A stretch of DNA of 64,000 nt from a virus (Duplodnaviria; Caudoviricetes), in IMG/VR virus record IMGVR_UViG_3300019872_000002, positions 1 through 64,000 of that record, one strand, 5' to 3'. Position numbers and translations under genes: made by a program. Position 1 is the first letter of the stretch. Every line of letters begins with the position of its first letter. Below are positions 49,003 through 59,209 of this stretch, piece by piece. The notes below the pieces were generated by a model, which was not told the DNA's origin, searched no databases, and saw only the letters and a program-made list of their open reading frames with translations.

Positions 49003-50136
49003 CTATTCTTCGTTCTTACGTCTCAGCCACGCTTTAATCTTATTGAAGTGAGGCATTTCATCATTTCCAGCTTCCTCTTGTAAAGCAGTAATTGCATCGT
49101 CACTGGTGTATACTTTCTTAGGAGTAGTTTGCGGTACGTCGCTACCAAAGTTTTTTAAATGATCAGGGAGTTCATCACCTACAACCCTTTCAGTAGAAAT
49201 AACTTGTGCTGGCTGGTTGGCGGCTTCCATATATCTCAAATCACGCTCAGCCTTTTCCATTGCGCTCAGGTCATTAGTGATACTGGTCAAGATATTCATG
49301 TGTTTATTAATATCACTAAAGAAATAGTTCTTTAAAGCCTGTTTAGCATCTTGAGTTACATTTTGAATATCAAGGATGTGTTCTCCCTCGCGTTCTCCAC
49401 TTACCCATGACCAACGTCTAACATTCCCAATCGTCTGCAGTTTAACAACACCTTTATCGATAAGATTAGTGATCCTTCCATCAATGTATGTAAGCTCCGT
49501 ATTAGACTTCTCATTGTAAGCCTTAGGATATTTGCTGGCATACTCCATTACATCAGCACGAACGTCGCTAGGGTCTTTCTTATCAACTCCTTTAATACCC
49601 AAACCTTTTGCCAGGATAACCAGTCTTTCTTCGTTTAGGTTCTTAGCATGAGACAGCGCATCTGTTAACGCATCAATTGAAGCAATTTTAGCTTGTGAAC
49701 GTTTTTTAGTATCAATAAATTCGTACTTGGCTTTACCGTTTTTAGTCTTTAACGGAGACAGCGCATTGTTAGGGTTCAGATAAATGAATACCCCTAAGTC
49801 AATATTATTTTGGAAAGCAAACGTTGCACCGGTAGTGTTTACGTATCTAGGCTCAAATTGGTCAATAACCCGATCTCCTACAATTTTTGGATTACTACTG
49901 TCGGCATATCTAATTTCAGTCTTTAACCCTGTCTTAGGATCTGTAGCCATGAAGTGTGACCGCATACCGCTTGCTTTAGGAACCTTGATCAATCCCCCAT
50001 TGATATTGTCAACTCGCCTACGGCTTTTCTCTACCTCAAATGAAGGCTTTTTAACTAGCTTATTGTAATCCTCCTTGCTTGCGTATTTCAGCATCAATTC
50101 CTCAGCTGATACCTGTTTTCTGTTTTCAAATAGCAT
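49003..50136 (-). CDS. Uncharacterised virion-region protein (377 aa)
   Basis: Intact ORF two genes after the major capsid gene. Confidence 0.7.
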   Translation of the reverse strand: MLFENRKQVSAEELMLKYASKEDYNKLVKKPSFEVEKSRRRVDNINGGLIKVPKASGMRSHFMATDPKTGLKTEIRYADSSNPKIVGDRVIDQFEPRYVNTTGATFAFQNNIDLGVFIYLNPNNALSPLKTKNGKAKYEFIDTKKRSQAKIASIDALTDALSHAKNLNEERLVILAKGLGIKGVDKKDPSDVRADVMEYASKYPKAYNEKSNTELTYIDGRITNLIDKGVVKLQTIGNVRRWSWVSGEREGEHILDIQNVTQDAKQALKNYFFSDINKHMNILTSITNDLSAMEKAERDLRYMEAANQPAQVISTERVVGDELPDHLKNFGSDVPQTTPKKVYTSDDAITALQEEAGNDEMPHFNKIKAWLRRKNEE

Positions 50137-50137
50137 A

Positions 50138-50314
50138 TTATAATTCTTTTAGTTGTTGTTTGATTTTAATCTCTTGAATCCTGTTCTGTACAGACTTTTC
50201 TACAAACCACTGGATACTTGATCCATGAGTAGCCTTATAGTCGTTCATAAAGTCTACATCTTCCTGATCTAGCTCTATTCTATACGAAGGTCTTTTTGTT
50301 TTATCAGTTGCCAT
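50138..50314 (-). CDS. Ribbon-helix-helix-like DNA-binding protein (58 aa)
   Basis: RPSYRIEL (strand), DQEDVDFMNDYKATHG (helix), SIQWFVEKSV (helix). ATG at 50314 is preferred. Confidence 0.65.
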   Translation of the reverse strand: MATDKTKRPSYRIELDQEDVDFMNDYKATHGSSIQWFVEKSVQNRIQEIKIKQQLKEL

Positions 50315-50318
50315 ACGC

Positions 50319-50326
50319 CAAATATA
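50319..50326 (-). promoter_or_regulatory. TAnnTTTG promoter box (TATATTTG), leaderless
   Basis: Exact match 4 nt before the RHH ATG. Confidence 0.65.
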
Positions 50327-50384
50327 ATACAAAAAATTGGTTACACACAAATGTGCCTGTTTCCGAAAGTTGTAGGTTTGACTA

Positions 50385-50424
50385 AAAATAGAAAAGCCCT
50401 GCAAGAATTACTCCTACAGGGCTT
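50385..50424 (-). terminator. Terminator after major capsid gene
   Basis: AAGCCCTG/CAGGGCTT stem followed by a T-rich tract. Confidence 0.7.
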
Positions 50425-50443
50425 AGAATTATGAAAAGCTGAA

Positions 50444-51907
50444 TTATGAGGCTGATGTTCCTGCCGGATGGATAACGGCAAATTGCTCTCCTAAAGCAAA
50501 GTGAGGCGCAATCTCTGACCTCATGTAAGTGTTCTGAACGTCAAATTCAGATGATTTGGTAACTAACCTGTCGTTACCAGCACCACCATTCACCCAAAGC
50601 TCATTCTCACGTGAGTAACCTGCTGTTCCTCTCCATTCATAACCTACATATGGGCGGTATTCTGCAGACTCACCGGCAAATCCGAAAGGAACTGCAACAG
50701 CCCAATCTTTTCCACCAATTTGTCCAGCTCCACCGATGTAGTCCAACTCAGGGGCATTTGTTTGTAAGAACGTGAAGTTACCCAAGCCGAAACCTGTAAT
50801 ACCCATGTTCACAAACATACCTTCTTCCGTGAAGCTGCTGTCAAATTTACGTGCATTACGTACACCCTCAGCAATATAACGGTCAGATACACCGATAACC
50901 CAATTGTAGTTATAACGGCTTGAGAAGAATTTCTCAATTTTCTGATTGAAATTATATCCCTCAATCAATAGGATTTCCGATGTACCTACACGGATGTCGT
51001 GGAAGTAGTTTGATAAAGCGTACAAATCCGCATCATCAAAGTCGGAAGTGTCATACTCCATATCGTAACCGTTTTCCAAAGCGTAGTCAAGTAGACCCTG
51101 AGTACCTGGAATTGGAACCTCTGATTTTAATGGATCAGAATAATCAGTCCATCCAGTCGCCTTTTGACCGAACATCCAGATGTGACCTTTTTGTTGCTCC
51201 ATACGCATTTCAGCGTCTTTCAAGCCTTCTTTGTACATCAGGTTAGTACCAGGCACAACTTGGAATGGTGCGGTGGTAGTTAAGTGAGTACCAGAAGTGA
51301 TATCTGTTTCTTTCGCAATCCAGAACGTGTTCTGATATTTGTAAGACAATGGACGTAAAGGCTCCGGTTGTCCAGTTCCTTCACCACTCAAAGTGGAGAT
51401 CCATGATGCTACTGATCCTTCGACAATCTCATCTTCTGGATCAATATCCCTATTGGCCTCTAAAGTGATTTGGTGAGGGTTAACACTACGGTCTTTTTCA
51501 ATCACACGATACTGAGTACCTTGTATTGCAAATTGATAAACCTCAGTTACACGAGGGCGTGACCAGATGGTCGTTCCTATTACGTTCACAGAAGTATACA
51601 TGTCGTCTTCCGCTAGAGCAACAACTATCTCTCTACCTGTCGATGAAATTATTTCTCCAACAGTAAATAGGTCTTTAGGACGTGGTTTCTCGTAGTGACC
51701 TGTAATAGGGCCTTCTACTCCTTTTTTTACAGGTGTTCCCATACCAAACATCTTTAATTTACTTAAAGTCGTTGGTGGATAACCTGATTGTTTGAAGTAG
51801 GTGGATAACAGCTGAGGGTTATCGGCTAATAGTGTTGAACCTAGTACAAATACGTCTCCCTGTGCAGATTCAATGTGCGAAGGGGCGGTGCTGTCGATAG
51901 TTGGCAT
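50444..51907 (-). CDS. Major capsid protein (HK97 fold, crAss-like size)
   Basis: 487 aa, follows portal and scaffold, ends at a terminator. YQNTFWIAKETDITSG, EQQKGHIWMFG and QGLLD resemble the capsid core. Confidence 0.8.
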   Translation of the reverse strand: MPTIDSTAPSHIESAQGDVFVLGSTLLADNPQLLSTYFKQSGYPPTTLSKLKMFGMGTPVKKGVEGPITGHYEKPRPKDLFTVGEIISSTGREIVVALAEDDMYTSVNVIGTTIWSRPRVTEVYQFAIQGTQYRVIEKDRSVNPHQITLEANRDIDPEDEIVEGSVASWISTLSGEGTGQPEPLRPLSYKYQNTFWIAKETDITSGTHLTTTAPFQVVPGTNLMYKEGLKDAEMRMEQQKGHIWMFGQKATGWTDYSDPLKSEVPIPGTQGLLDYALENGYDMEYDTSDFDDADLYALSNYFHDIRVGTSEILLIEGYNFNQKIEKFFSSRYNYNWVIGVSDRYIAEGVRNARKFDSSFTEEGMFVNMGITGFGLGNFTFLQTNAPELDYIGGAGQIGGKDWAVAVPFGFAGESAEYRPYVGYEWRGTAGYSRENELWVNGGAGNDRLVTKSSEFDVQNTYMRSEIAPHFALGEQFAVIHPAGTSAS

Positions 51908-51944
51908 ATTGTTTATAAGTTTTGATTTCTTGTGAATAATTTAA

Positions 51945-53084
51945 TTATCTGCCTGTGGCAACTTTAGTCAAGAAATCGCTGTATTCTTTTTGAGAGTTAT
52001 CGACAATAACATTGGTTGATTCCGGTGGAAGACCTGTTCTGTTCTCATACTTATTGACCATTCTTTCTTCTGTTAATGCCTCAGCATGTTTAAAGATAGA
52101 TTGAGCAATGGTATCGAAGTTCTTTTCCAAATAGTCTGCCCTGATATACTTCTCTGCCAGAGCAACATTTTCGTCATTTACTTCCATACGCCCATCTAAG
52201 AAAAATGATTCAAGTTTTACAGGCAATTGAGACTTAAACTCTGCATTGTAATCAAAGTTAAGTTTGACTGCTTGGTCGCCTTCTTTACCGTTTAGATTTT
52301 TCTCACCTAAACCGGATATTTTTTCTGATATGGTTGGTATGATCTGCTTTACAGATTTTTTATGGTTCTCAGCATCTGCAATCAATTGGAGCCTGTTAGT
52401 CTCTGCTTGTACTGCTGCTGAATTATCAACTGTTGTTAAATCTTTTTTAAACTCTTTCAGAATCTTGCGATCCTCTAACGAACTTACCCGGAGCTTTTCT
52501 TCAAGCCTTGCTCTTTCTGGTGTGCCTGGTTCGTAATCTTCAATAGGAAAATCTTCCTCTACGATCTCTTTAGCAATTTTTGCATCGTAACCGTTTTTAA
52601 CCATGACCATTACTTTAGCGTCTACTGGCGAAAGCTCATCAATGTTTAAACGGCTGATCTTAGTGAAGTTTTCAATTTCATCTGCAGATTTACCAGTTCT
52701 TACCATTTCGTTAAGAGTCTTCACATAGTCGTTAGCGAAAGGGTCTACCTTAAGCTTTTCTTCCAGTTCAGTTTTGGTAGTTAATAGCGTGTCGTATTCT
52801 TTGATCTTAGGAAGGGCTAGTTTAAAACTATCCACATCTGTAAATAATCCTTCTGAGGTATCACTCAGAAATTTAGAATAGTCAACCGCCACTTCTGCAG
52901 TTGGGATAACTGTTTCTGCTGCTACATTGGTTTTGTCATCAACTATTGCAGTTGAATCTGGTGTTTCAGTACTCGTGTCGGCAGGTTTATCAGCAACTAT
53001 TTCAGCTGCTGGCGTTTCTGTCGGAGTCTCCGTAGCAAACCTTTGTGCTGCATACTCCATTACATTGTCTCCTTCTTGGCTCAT
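51945..53084 (-). CDS. Capsid scaffolding protein
   Basis: Acidic low-complexity N-terminus, helical body, position between portal and capsid. Confidence 0.7.
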   Translation of the reverse strand: MSQEGDNVMEYAAQRFATETPTETPAAEIVADKPADTSTETPDSTAIVDDKTNVAAETVIPTAEVAVDYSKFLSDTSEGLFTDVDSFKLALPKIKEYDTLLTTKTELEEKLKVDPFANDYVKTLNEMVRTGKSADEIENFTKISRLNIDELSPVDAKVMVMVKNGYDAKIAKEIVEEDFPIEDYEPGTPERARLEEKLRVSSLEDRKILKEFKKDLTTVDNSAAVQAETNRLQLIADAENHKKSVKQIIPTISEKISGLGEKNLNGKEGDQAVKLNFDYNAEFKSQLPVKLESFFLDGRMEVNDENVALAEKYIRADYLEKNFDTIAQSIFKHAEALTEERMVNKYENRTGLPPESTNVIVDNSQKEYSDFLTKVATGR

Positions 53085-53104
53085 ATCTTTTCAATTTTCT
53101 TGAT

Positions 53105-53112
53105 CAAAAGTA
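53105..53112 (-). promoter_or_regulatory. TAnnTTTG promoter box (TACTTTTG) before scaffold-capsid
   Basis: Exact match in the portal-scaffold gap. Confidence 0.55.
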
Positions 53113-53136
53113 TAAGCTTTTTATTTAATAACCAAA

Positions 53137-55629
53137 TTAGGCCATTTGAGGCTGTTGTTGCTCTAACGGCATCTGACCTTGCTCTTGAGGATTTTGTTGC
53201 TGCTCAGGGCTTGGTTGTGGCTGTGATTGCTGAGGACTGACTATCTGTTGAACCTGTTGGTTGTTACTTGCTATTACATCTGGAGCTATGCTTACATTGC
53301 TAATCTCATCAGGTTTCTTTGGAGCTATCAAAGCAGACAACAACATTTCATTTTGTTTCAGTAAAGCAGCAAGTAACGTATTCTGATTTGTAGCATCAGC
53401 TTTTGCAGCAAGAGCTTCCTGATCCATTTGACCTTTCATCTGAGCAGACTGTTGCTGTACCTGAGCATTAGCTTGTATATCGGCTTGTTTAGCTGCTTGT
53501 GCTGCTTGTTGTTTCTTAGCCTCAATCTGAGCCATCACGTACATAGCTTCATCAATATTACCAGCCATCACTTTACGATAAACATAGAGGTACTCACTCA
53601 TCGTTAATCCTTGTGAGCCGCCTGTCTGATCCCCTAATGCTTTTTGGTTAGTGATGTTTTGCATTAGATTTTGTTTTTCCTCCTGAGAAGCTGCAATCTC
53701 AATTTCTAAGTTGAAGTCCCAATTGTCAAAATCCTTACCGAGATTAAACACGGCCATGTTCTTGCTACCTAATAATGAGTAACTCACTTTAACATCCTTG
53801 TCTTTGGAAACTATCTGCCATTTCTTAATGATATCATCAAATGCAGCTTTAAATACATAGTTGTACGCGTTGAAAGTAGGATACAATGAAGCATTGGCTG
53901 CTTGGAAAGCTAGTTTTGTTTGACCCAGCCCTTGGTAAGCCGAAGTACCTCCTGCATCTGCACCGTTTTGCATACCTAATACTTCGCGAAGCTCATTTAC
54001 TTTCTCTGCGATTTGATTACCATATACAGCCAGAATACCTGCTATTTTAGATACATCTATGTAATCAATAGGTTTCTGGCCTCCGGCCATATACAGCGGC
54101 TTACCATGCGTATCTAGCGCATTATAGTAAAGTATACCTCTCTCCTGTAGACCCTGTAAAATATCTTCTGGTTGCTGCAGAATCCCATTCAGAAATACAT
54201 TCTCCAATAGATCTTTTTGAATAGCAAGTCCTGGGGCTGCAGGTATCGTAGCAAGGGCATTTCTTTGTTTGACAATCGCCATATCAATATCATCAACAAT
54301 AGCTATTGCTCTTTCAACAAGAGAAGCATTTCCTGTTTTAGCAAAGAAGAAGTCTAACCTCGGAGTTTTGTTACCGTCCTCGCCATAATACACAACATCT
54401 TTGCATATTCCATAGTCAAGAAACATATCAGTCCCAATAATCCAGCTTGAATAGTATTTACGGATTACATTTTTCTGAATCTTTTTGTCTCCGCTTTTCT
54501 CAGCCTTTTTATCGATGTTGTAGTTGTAAGGAACTGATTTGAATCTTACCTGACCTGTACCAGTTACATTTTTAATATTCGTTTCTATATCTGTACTGAG
54601 CCACTGAGAATCAAGTACCATGATTTTAACCCGGCTAATTGGGTCAACATCTATATTGGAGATATAGTTAGGATTTACGTTTGTTTTGTAGTAACCTCCA
54701 TTGATAGCCGCTGTGTATTGGGGGTTCATCCATGAGAATGATTTAGCTAAGTACATCAAATCAACAGAGGTAAGGCTAGGATTTTCTTTCCTTATTTCAG
54801 CTATACTCATGATTCTTATTTCTGCAGCTCTGGTAATATCGTTGAAGTCGTTGTGTTCAGAATAAGGGATCAATGCACGGTCTAAAATAACTCTCCTAAT
54901 TTTAGGAAGCATAGTTGATTTCTCAATGTATGTTTTCCATCCACATAAGCTAGTGACAATCAAATCATCAAATGTGGCATCCTGTAAAACTTTATAATTT
55001 GAAACCAACTTAGTCTTCTGGCAGGCAGCTTGACATGCTATCTCCCGGTGCATTGTATAGCCGCCAATCTCAAAGTATGTCTTCACATCTTGAGCTGTAC
55101 GTAGACCCATTTCCTCCGGGTTGATAGGTGTATTTGGAGTAAATCCCACCTGCCTCATGAAATTCTTGTTGTTTTCATCGATAAGGAACAGCAGCATTTC
55201 CTTATCGGCTTCTTTAGCTGCAATACTGTCGTCGTCGATACAAGTAACAGATACATCGTATTCCTGGCTCATGTTCTTCTCCCTCATTACGTCAAACATT
55301 TGAGGAAGCTTATAGTAAGTATCAAATGAGATATTCATCTTAGTGATGAACTTACCGTCTCTATTTTTACGTTTAGCACCGATTAGATTTTCCTTTACCT
55401 TGTTGGATGATTGCTGTCCTGTTGCGTAAGCCCTGAGTTCTTGGAACGTTCTTTTTGAGCCAAACTCAAACGGCACATAACAATAGTTGTTCGCATAGTC
55501 TGAGAAAAACGCATTGTTGAATGCCAAAAAATAATCCTTTTCAAGCTTAAGTTTGGGGTCTATGTCTTGGGATGGATAAGGATTCTTGAATTGGCATTCA
55601 ACATACTGATCTGGCTTAAGATATTTCAT
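53137..55629 (-). CDS. Portal protein
   Basis: About 830 aa, ELRAYATGQQ N-terminal motif, Q-rich C-terminal barrel/tail, between TerL and scaffold. Confidence 0.85.
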   Translation of the reverse strand: MKYLKPDQYVECQFKNPYPSQDIDPKLKLEKDYFLAFNNAFFSDYANNYCYVPFEFGSKRTFQELRAYATGQQSSNKVKENLIGAKRKNRDGKFITKMNISFDTYYKLPQMFDVMREKNMSQEYDVSVTCIDDDSIAAKEADKEMLLFLIDENNKNFMRQVGFTPNTPINPEEMGLRTAQDVKTYFEIGGYTMHREIACQAACQKTKLVSNYKVLQDATFDDLIVTSLCGWKTYIEKSTMLPKIRRVILDRALIPYSEHNDFNDITRAAEIRIMSIAEIRKENPSLTSVDLMYLAKSFSWMNPQYTAAINGGYYKTNVNPNYISNIDVDPISRVKIMVLDSQWLSTDIETNIKNVTGTGQVRFKSVPYNYNIDKKAEKSGDKKIQKNVIRKYYSSWIIGTDMFLDYGICKDVVYYGEDGNKTPRLDFFFAKTGNASLVERAIAIVDDIDMAIVKQRNALATIPAAPGLAIQKDLLENVFLNGILQQPEDILQGLQERGILYYNALDTHGKPLYMAGGQKPIDYIDVSKIAGILAVYGNQIAEKVNELREVLGMQNGADAGGTSAYQGLGQTKLAFQAANASLYPTFNAYNYVFKAAFDDIIKKWQIVSKDKDVKVSYSLLGSKNMAVFNLGKDFDNWDFNLEIEIAASQEEKQNLMQNITNQKALGDQTGGSQGLTMSEYLYVYRKVMAGNIDEAMYVMAQIEAKKQQAAQAAKQADIQANAQVQQQSAQMKGQMDQEALAAKADATNQNTLLAALLKQNEMLLSALIAPKKPDEISNVSIAPDVIASNNQQVQQIVSPQQSQPQPSPEQQQNPQEQGQMPLEQQQPQMA

Positions 55630-55674
55630 ATTCAACTAAAGTTTAGTCAAATATCATTAATTTTTATTTAAAAC

Positions 55675-57039
55675 CTATTTGTGACGAAAGAAGGATGTAT
55701 TGTTCCTGATGTCGTATTTTTTAAATTCAGTGTTTATTTTGGAACCATGTCTAAGTTTTTTACCAAAATCAGTATAAGCAATATAATTGAAAATAGGCAT
55801 GTCTGTATAAACATTACTTTCTTTATGATCACTATACCATTCTGCCATTAACATAGCGAAATGTTCCACTATTGACGCTTTTCCTCCCACTATTCCCGCA
55901 TTTAATAACGTTTTGTTTTTATATCGTTCATAAAAGGAATGATAGCTTGGGTCAATAATATCATTGTTATGATTTTCTTTAAGCCATTTGCATCCTACTA
56001 TTTGCTTTTCATCCCCTACATATAGATAATCACTCAAATCACATAAAAATGGGTTATTTAGCATCACTACGTCTGTTGAGTCAACCATAAACACCTGATC
56101 GTATCTGTTTTCACTCAAAAAGTAGTATAAGCTGATCCATCGTTGAAAATACGGATTATGATTAGATTTCACTTTTACATATTCAACTTCCTTTGTGTTA
56201 TCTATATCAAAACAATCATTAATAATAATCAACTTTTGTCCCTTCATCGATTTTATTAATTTTTCAAGCTTAGTATGGTCTGCCTCCCAATTACTTTCCA
56301 GTTGAGGATCTTTAATCCCGGTGAAGAATGTAGTTATTATAGCCGTTCTTAATGGCTTATATGGATAATATTTCTTGCTCTTTTTGTTTTCAGCCAGTAG
56401 CCTGTCATTTATTTTTATTCTAGCTCTTTTAGCTTTAACTGTACTCACAACCTCCTTAGCCCAATCCATACTGTGAAATAAATCCGAACTGTTATATATA
56501 TCTTGGTATGGATGCTCCGTCAATCCTGCGTTATAAGTCCTATTGGAGAAGTCAACATGCTCGTGTGAATATTTTCCGTATCTAACATCGAATCCCCCTA
56601 TTACATCTAATACTCTACTTCGTATGTACAGCATGCACCCACATGGGTGAGAATACCTTGCTATACCAGAAACTACATTGATTAATTTATGTCCATTGTA
56701 TTCCCCTGATTTAAGCTGATCGAAGGTGAACATTAAGTGATTGATACCTGATTCAATATAAGGCGTATACCAGTCCTCAGCAATAGGATATATATCATCA
56801 TCAGATAGAAATATATGCTCGCAATCGTCCAGTAACTCTAAACATTTATTTTTTACAACAGCTATACCGGCATTTTTTTCAAATCTATAATGTGAATCTG
56901 GAATAGGAGTATCACTGGCATCGTCAACAATTACCAGTTTACTATTTTCCGGCATTTTTGATTTCCATTTGTGTATGGTAGGTAACGCAACTTCATTCCT
57001 ATTGTGGCAACTTATTGCTACTCCTATTTTATACTGCAT
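55675..57039 (-). CDS. Two-domain GT-A glycosyltransferase (GT2-like plus a second DxD domain)
   Basis: IGVAISCHNR, VIVDDASD, FLSDDDIYP, GGFD..Y..EHVDF in domain 1; VFMVDSTDV, LLNAGIVGG, DMPIFNY in domain 2. Confidence 0.85.
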   Translation of the reverse strand: MQYKIGVAISCHNRNEVALPTIHKWKSKMPENSKLVIVDDASDTPIPDSHYRFEKNAGIAVVKNKCLELLDDCEHIFLSDDDIYPIAEDWYTPYIESGINHLMFTFDQLKSGEYNGHKLINVVSGIARYSHPCGCMLYIRSRVLDVIGGFDVRYGKYSHEHVDFSNRTYNAGLTEHPYQDIYNSSDLFHSMDWAKEVVSTVKAKRARIKINDRLLAENKKSKKYYPYKPLRTAIITTFFTGIKDPQLESNWEADHTKLEKLIKSMKGQKLIIINDCFDIDNTKEVEYVKVKSNHNPYFQRWISLYYFLSENRYDQVFMVDSTDVVMLNNPFLCDLSDYLYVGDEKQIVGCKWLKENHNNDIIDPSYHSFYERYKNKTLLNAGIVGGKASIVEHFAMLMAEWYSDHKESNVYTDMPIFNYIAYTDFGKKLRHGSKINTEFKKYDIRNNTSFFRHK

Positions 57040-59209
57040 ATTCTTGATGATGTACAATGGTTGATTGAGCTTGCGCTTTATATGTTGATCGTGGTTGATT
57101 AGCTGCAAACTCACACCAGCCTGTACTTACACCTAAATCTTTCTTACCCCTATTAGCCCAATTCATACTTAAAAGCTGTTCTAATACTCTTGGATGATCT
57201 ATAGTCCCAGCCCATTTAGCTGATAATGTCGTGAGGAAACTAAAATAAGTGTCTATGTTCCCTATTGTCGCACTTACCCCTTCTTTTTCCTGTTGCCCTT
57301 TAGAATTTCTCTTATCAGTTGGCTTGTCCATAAGATATAACTCATATCCCCTCATCTTTAAATAACTATGACACGCCCCAAATCTATCTTTCTCCGGTAG
57401 AAAATCAGTACCATAATATACCATTGTCAAGATTACATCTTCAAAAAAATCATTAGGATCATTCTCTCTGTTTAAGTAATCACAAACAATTCTGTTAGTA
57501 ATGAAATTTGCCCCTCCATCTACAGGGTCACCTATCCTCCATTTTCCATCTGGATCATTGGATTGATAATAATTTACTTCACTACCATCTATGTACTCAT
57601 CAAGCATTCTTTTTACTGTTATAGCACCCTGAGAAGGATCAGATTCTAATGTTGACTGTTGTTCATAAGGATCTAATCCAGATTTAAAATAGTTAACGTT
57701 CCCTGGTTTATGGGCAATAACGCCTTTCACCTTACAATTAGCCTCTAATCCGAAATCACTTGGATGTTTTGATATCATCCATTTACCATTAGAATTTGGT
57801 TCCCATATCACTTGAGTGTCCCTTTTTTCGTCCATCCACTTCAGATTACCTCTTACACATAAGCTTTTTGGCGCATCATGAAGAACATACTGTTGTCTTC
57901 TAGCCAACTTCTCTATATCAAATTGGCTTCCCTCATTAGTGTTTTGGAATACATCCTCTATGGTCTCAGCGTTCATACGCATATATTCAATCTTTCCCTT
58001 GATATCTCCTTGTTGAATACGCATGGCAATCTCACTTCTATTTCTCTCTTTAGCCTCCTCACTTTTAGGGAATCCCCATTTATCTATAGGAGCGGCATCT
58101 AAACTTCCCCTAAATATCCTATATAGTCCTGTAAGAGTTTCTCCATTACTCTTTCTGTTTGCAGGATCACTCTGCGCCCACATTTGTTTAGCCACCCTTA
58201 ATGTTTCTCCACCTTTAAGCTCCTCTACGGTCGAAGTAAACAATGCTTTACCTAGTATTTCATTTGTGATCTTATTATACATTGCTTGCTTAACAACTCC
58301 CCAAGCATACAATGGATTCATCTGTTCCATTTTACCCCATTCGTCCATATAATATCTCCCAAATGTTCCTGTACCAAAAACATGTGGTTTAGTAGCCCCG
58401 TAAACTATAGAGCTATCCAGCGGTGGGTATTCATAATCCTCATTTATAATTGCAGCTGCACCATGCTCAATTTGATTCTTCATCATCTTCTCTTTGGATA
58501 GAGTTTCTCTTTGATAATCAAAAAATAACCCATCCTTAGGGTCAACACTTCCTCTATTTGTAGCCCTCATGAAAAACACCATTTCGTTATGAGCATGAAG
58601 AATTCTTTTGTATGCATTTTCATAAATATCAGTCTCGTTTATCGACTGCATTGGGCACTTAACCTTCTGAACCCTAGTTGCATACTCATATAAGCAGCAT
58701 ATTGCCTTTTCTGTCTCGCCTACTTGGCGACATTTAGCTATAAGCAATCCGTAACACTTGGGATCATGTACAGCCAAAAACCACATTATAAAAAAATCTA
58801 AATCAAGCTTTCTAAACATCATTTTACTTGCCGATGTTGATGACCAGTAATTCAAAAAAAAATAGAACACACCTGTTATATAATATTTCTTACCTTTAAT
58901 AAACATCCATATACCGTTAGTCCTTCTTGAGTATTCTCCATCTATAAAAGCATCCCTTTCTTTTATAGGCCATTTTTTTAAATCAGGAGGTATATATGTA
59001 TAGCGAAAAACCTGCCTTTCTATGGGCAGGTCATGATTTAAAATAAGTTCATCTATAGGTGGTTCTGGCAGAATGGCTTCATACCCATAGACAGGATATA
59101 TTGGAGACATATTTGTGAACTTCATTTCGTAATTAGGCAATCCATACAAATCAATTGTATTTTCTGTTTTTATTATATTATCCCATTTACTTTTATTCTC
59201 TATCCTCAT
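57029..59209 (-). CDS. terL: Terminase large subunit
   Basis: Walker A-like KCRQVGET, Walker B YYMDEWGK, coupling motif FTST, nuclease GLDPY and KKDL. Confidence 0.92.
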   Translation of the reverse strand: MRIENKSKWDNIIKTENTIDLYGLPNYEMKFTNMSPIYPVYGYEAILPEPPIDELILNHDLPIERQVFRYTYIPPDLKKWPIKERDAFIDGEYSRRTNGIWMFIKGKKYYITGVFYFFLNYWSSTSASKMMFRKLDLDFFIMWFLAVHDPKCYGLLIAKCRQVGETEKAICCLYEYATRVQKVKCPMQSINETDIYENAYKRILHAHNEMVFFMRATNRGSVDPKDGLFFDYQRETLSKEKMMKNQIEHGAAAIINEDYEYPPLDSSIVYGATKPHVFGTGTFGRYYMDEWGKMEQMNPLYAWGVVKQAMYNKITNEILGKALFTSTVEELKGGETLRVAKQMWAQSDPANRKSNGETLTGLYRIFRGSLDAAPIDKWGFPKSEEAKERNRSEIAMRIQQGDIKGKIEYMRMNAETIEDVFQNTNEGSQFDIEKLARRQQYVLHDAPKSLCVRGNLKWMDEKRDTQVIWEPNSNGKWMISKHPSDFGLEANCKVKGVIAHKPGNVNYFKSGLDPYEQQSTLESDPSQGAITVKRMLDEYIDGSEVNYYQSNDPDGKWRIGDPVDGGANFITNRIVCDYLNRENDPNDFFEDVILTMVYYGTDFLPEKDRFGACHSYLKMRGYELYLMDKPTDKRNSKGQQEKEGVSATIGNIDTYFSFLTTLSAKWAGTIDHPRVLEQLLSMNWANRGKKDLGVSTGWCEFAANQPRSTYKAQAQSTIVHHQEYAV

